From Cereibacter sphaeroides 2.4.1 (GTDB taxonomy: Bacteria; Pseudomonadota; Alphaproteobacteria; Rhodobacterales; Rhodobacteraceae): 32,000 nt of DNA. A program made the translations under genes and the position numbers. Of this stretch, positions 8,774 through 16,001 are shown piece by piece. How positions within the stretch are numbered: the stretch's first letter is position 1; each line of letters begins with the position of its first letter. The notes under the pieces were generated by a model, which saw only the letters and a program-made list of their open reading frames with translations, ran no database searches and was not told the DNA's origin. Location of the stretch: contig NC_007493.2 in the NCBI RefSeq assembly GCF_000012905.2, forward strand, positions 2,520,001-2,552,000, read 5' to 3'.

Positions 8774-9250
8774 ATGATCCGTCCCGCTGTGGCTGCGGAT
8801 GTGCCCGCCCTGCTTGCGATCTGGAACCCGATCATCCGCGACACGCTGGTGACCTTCAACGCCGAGGAGAAATCGGCCGACGAGCTGCGCACGCTGATCG
8901 CGGCGCGGCCCGCGTTCCTCGTGGCGGATCCGGGCGAGGGGCCGGTGGGCTTTGCGAGCTACGCCCAGTTCCGCGGCGGCGTGGGCTACCGGCACACGAT
9001 GGAGCACACGATCATCCTCGGGCCTGCGGCGCGTGGTCGCGGGCTCGGGCGCGCGCTGATGACGGCGATCGAGGATCATGCGCGGGCGGGCGGCACCCAT
9101 TCGCTCTTTGCGGGCGTGAGCGCGGGCAATCCCGAGGGCCGCGCCTTCCATGCGGCGATGGGCTTTGCCGAGACGGCGGTGCTGCCGCAGGTGGGCTACA
9201 AGTTCGGCCGCTGGCTCGACCTTGTGCTGATGCAGAAATTCCTCTCCTGA
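8774..9250 (+). CDS. GNAT N-acetyltransferase (phosphinothricin/L-amino-acid N-acyltransferase-like)
   Basis: MIRPAVAADVPALLAIWNPIIRDTLVTFNAEE... with the acetyl-CoA motif RGRGLGRALM. 158 aa, PAT/MnaT-like architecture. Confidence 0.85.
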   Translation: MIRPAVAADVPALLAIWNPIIRDTLVTFNAEEKSADELRTLIAARPAFLVADPGEGPVGFASYAQFRGGVGYRHTMEHTIILGPAARGRGLGRALMTAIEDHARAGGTHSLFAGVSAGNPEGRAFHAAMGFAETAVLPQVGYKFGRWLDLVLMQKFLS

Positions 9251-9281
9251 CACCACCGGATCGGCGGTTTATGCTGGCCTC

Positions 9282-9965
9282 ATGTCGATCTGGACCCGCA
9301 TCACAGACGCGCTGGCCGCCCTCGCCTCCGGCGAGAGCCTGTCGGCCGTGCTCGACCGCCTGCGCACCCCGCCCGAGCGGTCGGTGGCCTTCACCATTGC
9401 CGTGATCGCGCTCGGCGCGAAGATGGCCAAGGCCGACGGGCAGGTGACGCGCGACGAGGTGGCGGCCTTCCGCGAGATCTTCGCGATCCCGCCGGGCGAG
9501 GAGGCGAACGCCGCCCGCGTCTTCAACCTCGCGCGGCAGGATGTGGCGGGCTTCGATTCCTATGCCCGCAAGATCAAGGGGATGTTCCGCGGCGACGACC
9601 GGATCCTCATCGATCTGATGGAGGGGCTCTTCCACATCTCGGTGGCCGACGGGAGCTATCATCCCGACGAGGACGCCTTCCTGACCGAGGTCGCCCGGAT
9701 CTTCGGGATCGGCGACCGCTGCTTCCGCGCCCTGCGCGCCCGCTTCGTGAGCGATGCGCCGCGCGACCCCTACGACGTGCTGGGGGTCGAGCATGACGCG
9801 CCGATCTCGGAGGTGCGCAGCGCCTGGAAGCAGGCGGTGCGCGACTGCCATCCCGACCGGATGGTGGCCCGCGGCGTGCCGGAAGAGGCGGTGAGGCTCG
9901 CCGAGCGGCGGCTGGTCGACATCAACCGCGCCTGGGAGGAGATCAGCGCGAAGCAGGCGGCCTGA
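9282..9965 (+). CDS. djlA: DjlA-like co-chaperone: TerB-like N-terminal domain plus C-terminal J domain
   Basis: The N-terminal part (AVIALGAKMAKADGQVTRDEVAAFREIF...ISVADGSYHPDEDAFL) looks like a TerB/DjlA tellurite-resistance-like fold. The C-terminal part, DPYDVLGVEHDAPISEVRSAWKQAVRDCHPDR, is a J domain with the HPD tripeptide. Confidence 0.8.
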   Translation: MSIWTRITDALAALASGESLSAVLDRLRTPPERSVAFTIAVIALGAKMAKADGQVTRDEVAAFREIFAIPPGEEANAARVFNLARQDVAGFDSYARKIKGMFRGDDRILIDLMEGLFHISVADGSYHPDEDAFLTEVARIFGIGDRCFRALRARFVSDAPRDPYDVLGVEHDAPISEVRSAWKQAVRDCHPDRMVARGVPEEAVRLAERRLVDINRAWEEISAKQAA

Positions 9966-10985
9966 ATGGCCCGCCCGCTGCGCATCGCCACCTACAATGT
10001 CGAATGGTTCAACGGGCTCTTCGACGACCACGGGCGGCTCAGGACCGACAACGAACTGTCGGGCCGCTACGAGATCACCCGCCGCAACCAGATCGAATCG
10101 CTGGGCATCGTCTTCACCGCCCTCGATGCCGACGCGATCATGGTCATCGAGGCGCCGAACCAGAGCCGGCGCCGCTCGACGGTGAAGGCGCTCGAGACCT
10201 TCGCGCGCACCTTCGGCCTGCGCGCCTCGCGCGCCGTCTTGGGCTTTCCCAGCGAGACCGAGCAGGAGATCGCGCTCCTCTACGACCCCTCGCGCATCGA
10301 GGCCCATCACGATCCGCAGTCGAGCGCCAGGGCGCCCCGGTTCGACGAGGTGTTCCGCTTCGACATAGACGTGGATGCCACGCCCGAGGCCATCCGCTTC
10401 TCCAAGCCGCCGCTCGAGCTTGCGCTCAGGGCCGACGGCCATCCGCTGCGGGTGATCGGCGTCCATGCCAAGTCCAAGGCCCCGCACGGCGCGCGCAACC
10501 CGGCCGAGGCGGTGCGGATCGGCATTCAGAACCGCCGCCAGCAGCTGGCCGAATGCGTCTGGCTGCGCAGGCGGGTGGCGGGCCTCCTCGCGCGGCACCA
10601 GAGCGTGATGGTGATGGGCGATTTCAACGACGGCCCCGGTCTCGACGAATATGAGAAGCTCTTCGGCCGGTCGGGGATCGAGATCGTCCTCGGGCTCGAG
10701 GAGCCTCCCGAGTTGCGCCTGCACGAGCCCCACGCGCGCATGGCGCTCACGCAGCGGGTGGGCATCCAGCCCAGCTCGGCCCGCTTCTGGCTCGCCCCGG
10801 AACAGCAGTATTTCGAGGCCCTGCTCGACTTCATCATGGTCTCGGCCGATCTGGCGGCGAAATCGCCCCGCTGGCGGATCTGGCACCCGCTGAACGATCC
10901 GAACTGCTTTCGCACCCCCGAATTGCAGCAGGCCCTCCTCGCAGCCTCGGACCATTTCCCGGTCACGCTCGACATCGACCTCTGA
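9966..10985 (+). CDS. Endonuclease/exonuclease/phosphatase (EEP) family protein
   Basis: Its ATG directly abuts the djlA-like stop (TGAATG). EEP catalytic landmarks are present: IATYNVEWF near the N-terminus, MGDFND, and SDHFPV near the C-terminus. 339 aa. Confidence 0.8.
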   Translation: MARPLRIATYNVEWFNGLFDDHGRLRTDNELSGRYEITRRNQIESLGIVFTALDADAIMVIEAPNQSRRRSTVKALETFARTFGLRASRAVLGFPSETEQEIALLYDPSRIEAHHDPQSSARAPRFDEVFRFDIDVDATPEAIRFSKPPLELALRADGHPLRVIGVHAKSKAPHGARNPAEAVRIGIQNRRQQLAECVWLRRRVAGLLARHQSVMVMGDFNDGPGLDEYEKLFGRSGIEIVLGLEEPPELRLHEPHARMALTQRVGIQPSSARFWLAPEQQYFEALLDFIMVSADLAAKSPRWRIWHPLNDPNCFRTPELQQALLAASDHFPVTLDIDL

Positions 10986-11220
10986 CGCCTCCCGGCGCTG
11001 CGCTCTAGGCCAGGAGGTCTTCGCCGGCAAAGCCTCCTCGACCGTGCCCCTCCCCGGCGGCGCATCCGCGGCGAGAGGACGATTCCGTCGCCCCCGCCCC
11101 TATCGGGCGCGCGACCCCGGCAAGCCGGATTGCGCCCGGCCACCTCCCGCGCCCCGCGACGCGCAGCCGCTGCGATCCGGCGGGCCTTGCGCGCGGGGCG
11201 GGAAAGACGGAAGGTGCGGG

Positions 11221-11400
11221 CGACGGTTCCCGGAGGAAGCTCCGGGCGAAGAGGGAATGCGGTGCGGGCCTGACAGGCCCCAAGCCGCGACTGCCCCCGC
11301 AACTGTAGGCGGCGAGCGCGTCCCATCATGCCCACTGGCCCAGGACAGGCCGGGAAGGGCGGGACAAGCCCAGACCCGCGAGTCAGGAGACCTGCCGTCG
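11221..11400 (+). promoter_or_regulatory. Cobalamin (adenosylcobalamin) riboswitch aptamer
   Basis: Core consensus elements are read directly from the sequence: GAAGAGGGAATGCGGTGCGG, GACTGCCCCCGCAACTGTAGG, GCCCACTGG....CCGGGAAGGGC, and the B12 box AGTCAGGAGACCTGCC (11381-11396). A closing P1 helix forms between CGACGG (11221-11226) and CCGTCG (11395-11400). It lies 100 nt upstream of cobalamin-related genes. Confidence 0.85.
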
Positions 11401-11461
11401 ACGGACCTGTAACAGCCGGGCGGGGTGTCCCGGGCGCAGGGCGCGTGCGCACGGGCGCCGC

Positions 11462-11496
11462 CCCTCCGCCTGCCCGCTCCCAAGATGCGCGGAGGG
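11462..11496 (+). promoter_or_regulatory. Putative riboswitch expression platform: hairpin that sequesters the RBS
   Basis: CCCTCCGC (11462-11469) is perfectly complementary to GCGGAGGG (11489-11496). The latter contains the GGAGGG Shine-Dalgarno 4 nt upstream of ATG 11501. Stem 8 bp, loop 19 nt. Confidence 0.55.
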
Positions 11497-11500
11497 CGCG

Positions 11501-11917
11501 ATGATCGTGACGCGGAACGGACGGACCTACAGCCTCACCGAATGCCGACACCGGAAGGAACCCTGCCTGAAGGGCCTCGCGGTGGTCGAGCATCTGGCCA
11601 GCTCGGCCCGATGCACCCAAGGGCTCATGGGACCCGACTTCGAAATGCAGGGCTGCGTGCGGCTCACGGGCTGCATCCGGCCCTGCACGGCGCTCTTCCG
11701 GCTAACGGCGGGCGGGCTCCAGCTCTTCTGCGACCTCGAGCCCGGAGACTGGTCGCCGGGCCTCGTGCGGCTGGCCGAGATGATCGAGGGCGGCGGCTCC
11801 TTCACCGGCACGCTGCCTGCCGAACCCGCGGCCATGGTGCTCGCCTCGGCGCCGGAGCCCGCGCCCGAGCGCGCCGCCCCGGCCCGCCCGCTCCCGCGGG
11901 AGGCGGCACTGCATTGA
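11501..11917 (+). CDS. Cys-rich small protein, DUF1636-like (putative metal-binding protein associated with cobalamin clusters)
   Basis: 138-aa ORF with a good RBS, first gene after the B12 riboswitch. Cys pattern: ..LTECRHRKEPC.. and ..GCVRLTGCIRPCTALF.. The latter resembles the C-x3-C-x-[AV] core of DUF1636 proteins found next to cob genes. The assignment is from memory of the family and is not verified. Confidence 0.55.
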   Translation: MIVTRNGRTYSLTECRHRKEPCLKGLAVVEHLASSARCTQGLMGPDFEMQGCVRLTGCIRPCTALFRLTAGGLQLFCDLEPGDWSPGLVRLAEMIEGGGSFTGTLPAEPAAMVLASAPEPAPERAAPARPLPREAALH

Positions 11918-12747
11918 CGCTGGCGGCGGGCCTCAGGGCGCCTGCGGAGGCGATCCGCCGGGCGCGGGTGGCGGGCCATCTGGGCGAGTTCCTGCAGGGC
12001 CGCCTCGGGCCCGACGGGCCGCTCGCGCTGGTGACCCTGCCCTGCCCCGGCCTCGGCGCCGAGGCGATCCGGGCGCCGGGTCCGCTGGCCCTCGACCAGC
12101 CCGGGGCGCAGATGCTGACGCTGCCCGCGCTCTGCGACCTGCTGGCCTCTGGCGGAGCCGCGCCGGACGGCCGCTTCCGCCTGACGCTCGACCTGCCGCC
12201 GGGCGGCGGGGCGGGCGCCTCGACCGCGGCGCGGGTGGCGCTCCTCCATGCGGCAGGCGTGACCGATCCGGCCACCGTTGCCCGCGCCTGCCTCGCCTCG
12301 GAAGGAGCGAGCGATCCGCTGATGTTCGACCGGCCCGAGCGGCTGCTCTGGGCCTCGCGCGAGGGGCGGGTGCTGGCAGAGCTGCCGCCCCTGCCGCCGA
12401 TGGAGCTGGTGGGCGGCTTCTTCGGTCCCGCCCGGCGCACCGATCCGGCCGATCTCGCCTTCCCCGACATCTCGGACCTTCTCGAGGGCTGGGGCGCGGC
12501 CGACCTCGCGGGCGTGGCGCGCCGCGCGAGCCTCTCGGCCGCGCGCTGCCTTCAGCTGCGCGGCCCGGCGGAGGATCCGACCGCGGCCTTGGCCCACGGT
12601 CTCGGCGCGCTCGGCTGGGCCATCGGCCACACCGGCCCCGCCCGCGCGCTGATCTTCCCGCCGGGCGCCGTTCCGCGCGGGGCGGCCGGGGCATTGCGGG
12701 CCGCGGGCTTTTCCCGCATCACGCGCTTCCGCATCGGCGGAGCCTGA
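11914..12747 (+). CDS. bluE: BluE-type L-threonine kinase (GHMP-kinase-like), cobalamin nucleotide-loop linker synthesis
   Basis: Real part of track ORF 11425..12747. The proposed TTG start at 11914 overlaps the upstream stop (TTGA); an in-frame GTG roughly 50 nt downstream (in the ..ARVAGH.. codons) is an alternative. Contains GHLGEFLQG and the GHMP motif-II-like LPPGGGAGASTAA. It lies between a riboswitch-controlled leader gene and the threonine-phosphate decarboxylase gene, as bluE does in Rhodobacter. Confidence 0.7.
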   Translation: MTLAAGLRAPAEAIRRARVAGHLGEFLQGRLGPDGPLALVTLPCPGLGAEAIRAPGPLALDQPGAQMLTLPALCDLLASGGAAPDGRFRLTLDLPPGGGAGASTAARVALLHAAGVTDPATVARACLASEGASDPLMFDRPERLLWASREGRVLAELPPLPPMELVGGFFGPARRTDPADLAFPDISDLLEGWGAADLAGVARRASLSAARCLQLRGPAEDPTAALAHGLGALGWAIGHTGPARALIFPPGAVPRGAAGALRAAGFSRITRFRIGGA

Positions 12748-12756
12748 GGAGGGACC

Positions 12757-13731
12757 ATGCGCGATCACGGCGGCAATCTCGACAGCGCGGCGGCGCTCTT
12801 TGGCGGGGCGGTCGAGGACTGGCTCGACCTCTCGACGGGGATCAACCGGGTGCCCTATCCGATGCCGCGCCTGCCCGCCCGCGCGCTGACCGCCCTGCCC
12901 GATGCAGCGGCCGAGGCGCGCCTTCTGGCCGCGGCGCGCGTGGCCTTCCGCACAGAGGCGCCGATGCTGGCCGTGGCCGGGGCACAGGCGGCGATCCAGC
13001 TCGTGCCGCGGCTCACCCCGCCCGGACGGGCGCGCGTCCTTGGCCCCACCTACAACGAACATGCGGCAAGCCTCCGCGCCGCGGGCTGGCAGGTCGAGGA
13101 GGTGAGCGAGCTTGCGGCGCTCGAAGGCGCCGATCTCGCCGTGCTCGTCAATCCGAACAACCCCGACGGCCGCCGCCACCCGCCCGAAACCCTCCGGGCG
13201 CTCCTGCCCCGCGTGGGCCGGCTTCTGGTGGACGAAAGCTTCGGCGATCCGCTGCCCGATCTGTCGCTCGCTCCCGAGGCCGGCGTGCCGGGGCATCTGG
13301 TGCTGCGCTCCTTCGGCAAGTTCTACGGGCTGGCGGGGCTGCGGCTGGGCTTCGTGCTGGGAAGTGCAGAGGATGTGGCGGCGCTGGCGCGGATGGCGGG
13401 GCCGTGGGCGGTCTCGGGCCCGGCCATCGCCGCGGGAACCGTGGCCCTGGCCGACCGAGATTGGGCGGAGACCACGACCGCGCGGCTCGAGGCCGAGGGG
13501 CCGCGGCTCGATGCGCTGGCCGCCCGGATGGGCTGGCGGCTGGCGGGCGGGGCGCATCTCTTCCGGCTCTACGACACGCCGGATGCCCGTGCGGCGCAGG
13601 ATCACCTCGCCCGCGCCCGGATCTGGAGCCGGATCTTCCCCTGGTCGGACCGGCTGATCCGCCTCGGCCTGCCGGGTGGCGAAGCGGAATGGGCGCGCCT
13701 CGACGCGGCCTTCGGCGAAGGGATGCGGTAG
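12757..13731 (+). CDS. cobD: L-threonine-O-3-phosphate decarboxylase (PLP aminotransferase class I/II fold; CobD in Salmonella naming, CobC in Pseudomonas/Rhodobacter naming)
   Basis: 324-aa ORF with a GAGGAGGG RBS. The N-terminus MRDHGGNLDSAAALFGG...WLDLSTGINRVPYP is the signature start of CobD/CobC decarboxylases. The SFGKFYGLAGLRLGF segment holds the PLP lysine. Confidence 0.85.
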   Translation: MRDHGGNLDSAAALFGGAVEDWLDLSTGINRVPYPMPRLPARALTALPDAAAEARLLAAARVAFRTEAPMLAVAGAQAAIQLVPRLTPPGRARVLGPTYNEHAASLRAAGWQVEEVSELAALEGADLAVLVNPNNPDGRRHPPETLRALLPRVGRLLVDESFGDPLPDLSLAPEAGVPGHLVLRSFGKFYGLAGLRLGFVLGSAEDVAALARMAGPWAVSGPAIAAGTVALADRDWAETTTARLEAEGPRLDALAARMGWRLAGGAHLFRLYDTPDARAAQDHLARARIWSRIFPWSDRLIRLGLPGGEAEWARLDAAFGEGMR

Positions 13732-13798
13732 AGGGCCGCTCCGGGAACGGGCCCATCTCCCCATGGACGCCGCGCCGCAGGCTGCCTCCGCCCGGGCC

Positions 13799-14941
13799 TC
13801 AGCCCTCCGGTGTGCCGCCCGAGAAGTTGCGATAGAGGAAGCGGTCGGCCCCCGCCTCCGCCTCGGCCCCCGCGAGCGAGAAGAGCTGCGCATGGAGCGG
13901 CGACTTGGCGCAAGCCGGGTCGGTGGCCGCCGCATCGCCCGCCAGCGCGAAGGCCTGACAGCGGCAGCCGCCGAAATCCTCCTCGGCATGGATGCAGGAC
14001 CGGCAGGGCTCCTGCATCCAGCCGGTGCCGCGGTAGAGGTTCAGCGCCTCGGACCGCTGCCAGATCTCGGCCAGCGGCGCCTCGCGCACCGAATCGAACC
14101 GGAGCCCGGTGATCGTCTCGGCGGCGTGGCAGGGCAACACCTTGCCCGAGGGCGAGATGTTGAAGAACTGCCGCCCCCAGCCGCCCATGCAGGTCTTGGG
14201 CCGCACCGCGTAATAGTCCGGGATCACGTAGTCGATGGCGAGCACGCCCGAGAGCCGCGCCTGCGCCTCCTCGACGATCCGCGTCGCCTCGTCGAGTTGC
14301 GCGAGCGTCGGCATCAACGCCGCGCGGTTCTTCAGCGCCCAGCCGTAATACTGCACATGCGCCACCTCGAGCCGCTGCGCGCCCATCTCGACCGCCATCT
14401 CGACGATGCGCGGCAGTTCGTCGAGGTTCTGGCGGTGCATCACGGCGTTGAGCGTGAGCGCCATCCCCTCGGCACGCACCCAAGCGGCGGCCTCGATCTT
14501 CTTCGCATGGCCGCCGCGGAAGCCGCCGATCCGCTCGGCCACCGGCGCGCTTGCGCCCTGCAGGCTCACCTGCACATGGGCAAGCCCGGCCTCGGCCAGT
14601 TCGGCCACCTTGGCGCGGGTGAACATCACCGCCGAAGTGATGAGGTTGGTGTAGAGCCCCGCCCGGTCGGCATGGGCCACGAGCGCGACCAGATCGCGCC
14701 GCACCAGCGGCTCGCCGCCCGAGAAATGGATCTGCAGGACGCCGAGCGCCGCCAGCTCGCCGATCACCCGCTGCCAGTCCTCGGTCGAGAGCTCGCGGCT
14801 CGCGGCCTCCAGCTCCACCGGGTTCGAGCAGTAGGGGCATTGCAGCGGGCAGCGGTGGGTGAGCTCGGCCAGCACCGCCATCGGCAGCGCAGGCGCGGTC
14901 GGGGCGGCCGGTGCGGGCGCGGCGAAGGCGTGGTCGTCCAT
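13799..14941 (-). CDS. pqqE: PqqE, radical SAM/SPASM peptide cyclase for PQQ biosynthesis
   Basis: Real part of track ORF 13799..15292. The start ATG (complement of 14939-14941) shares 1 nt with the pqqD stop. Contains LAELTHRCPLQCPYCSNP (CxxxCxxC) and a C-terminal SPASM Cys cluster (CMGGWG...CHAA...CRSC...CRCQA). 380 aa. Confidence 0.95.
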   Translation of the reverse strand: MDDHAFAAPAPAAPTAPALPMAVLAELTHRCPLQCPYCSNPVELEAASRELSTEDWQRVIGELAALGVLQIHFSGGEPLVRRDLVALVAHADRAGLYTNLITSAVMFTRAKVAELAEAGLAHVQVSLQGASAPVAERIGGFRGGHAKKIEAAAWVRAEGMALTLNAVMHRQNLDELPRIVEMAVEMGAQRLEVAHVQYYGWALKNRAALMPTLAQLDEATRIVEEAQARLSGVLAIDYVIPDYYAVRPKTCMGGWGRQFFNISPSGKVLPCHAAETITGLRFDSVREAPLAEIWQRSEALNLYRGTGWMQEPCRSCIHAEEDFGGCRCQAFALAGDAAATDPACAKSPLHAQLFSLAGAEAEAGADRFLYRNFSGGTPEG

Positions 14942-15237
14942 CACGCGGCCTCCCGGTCGATCAGATAGCCGCGGTCGGCCAGATCCTGCAGCAACGCCAG
15001 CACCTCGCGCGCGATGACGCCGGGCTCGGCCACATATTTCCGCTCGAAAAGCGCCGTCAGCCCCGCTACCGTCTCCTGCCCGTCGCAGGCCTGCAGGATC
15101 TCGACGCAGATCTCGTCGGGCGTCATCACCCGCTCGGGCACCAGAAGCACCCAGTGCTGGCGGCTCTGGTCGAAGCGCAGCCGGGCATGACGGGCGAGCT
15201 GCGGCACGCTTTCGGGCGAAAGCTCGAGGCGGCTCAT
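14941..15237 (-). CDS. pqqD: PqqD, PqqA-binding chaperone (RiPP recognition element)
   Basis: 98 aa: MSRLELSPESVPQLARHARLRFDQSRQHWVLLVPERVMTPDEICVEILQACDGQETVAGL... ATGA overlap with the pqqC stop. Lies inside shadow ORF 14941..16044. Confidence 0.9.
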   Translation of the reverse strand: MSRLELSPESVPQLARHARLRFDQSRQHWVLLVPERVMTPDEICVEILQACDGQETVAGLTALFERKYVAEPGVIAREVLALLQDLADRGYLIDREAA

Positions 15238-16001
15238 CGCATCTCCTCCGGCACGAAGGCGCCGGGCGGGACATGGCCCAGCACATAGGCATGGTGGAGC
15301 GCGTCGAGCTGGGTCCAGAGCACCTGCGTCTTGAAGATCAGAGCGTTGCACACCGCCGCGCGCTCCTCGGGCGTGCGGGCATGATCGCGGACATAGCGCA
15401 GCGCATAGTCGGCGTCGCGCGGAGCCTGCGTCAGGCGGCGCTGGAAATAGGCCATGACGGTCGGATTGATGAAATCGTAATGCGACAGCATCCCCGAGAT
15501 CCGGGTGGCATGGATGTTCGGCGCGAAGAGCTCGGTCAGGCAGGAGGCGATGGCCTCGAGCGGCGAGCGGTCGCGGACGAAATGGACGTAAGCCTCGACC
15601 GCAAAGCGGGTGGCGGGCAGGATGCCCTCGGTCGATTCCACATAGGCCCGGTCGAGCCCCAGCCCGTCCGTCAGGATCAGCCAGCGGTCGATCCCGCCCT
15701 CGGCCCCCTCGGCGCCGTCGTGATCCTCGAGCCGGTGGCGCCACTCGATGCGCGTGGCGCGGTCGCGGAAGCGCGAGATCACCACCGCATCCTTCACCGG
15801 GATCGTGCACTGGTAATAGTAGCGGTTCAGCGCCCAGGCCTGCACCTGACCCTTGGTGAGCTCGCCCCCGTGCAGCATGTGGTGGAACGGGTGGCGGTCG
15901 TGGTAGCGGGCCGCGCCGATCTCGCGCAGCCGCTCTTCCATGGCGTCGGCGCTTTCCAGCGGGCGGGCGGGCGACAGGCTCGTGCTCAGGTCGAGACTCA
16001 T
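15234..16001 (-). CDS. pqqC: PqqC, pyrroloquinoline-quinone synthase
   Basis: 255 aa from ATG (complement of 15999-16001), which overlaps the pqqB stop as ATGA. Contains HPFHHMLHGGELTKGQVQAWALNRYYYQ and the rest of the typical PqqC helical bundle. Confidence 0.95.
   Translation of the reverse strand: MSLDLSTSLSPARPLESADAMEERLREIGAARYHDRHPFHHMLHGGELTKGQVQAWALNRYYYQCTIPVKDAVVISRFRDRATRIEWRHRLEDHDGAEGAEGGIDRWLILTDGLGLDRAYVESTEGILPATRFAVEAYVHFVRDRSPLEAIASCLTELFAPNIHATRISGMLSHYDFINPTVMAYFQRRLTQAPRDADYALRYVRDHARTPEERAAVCNALIFKTQVLWTQLDALHHAYVLGHVPPGAFVPEEMR

Noticed and set aside
9012-11030. 672-aa ORF antisense to the GNAT, djlA-like and EEP genes
   Set aside because: A shadow ORF spanning three well-supported genes on the other strand, with no motifs.
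11527-13989. 820-aa ORF antisense to the DUF1636-like gene, bluE and cobD
   Set aside because: An Arg/Pro/Gly-rich shadow frame. The sense-strand genes have clear family motifs and ribosome-binding sites.
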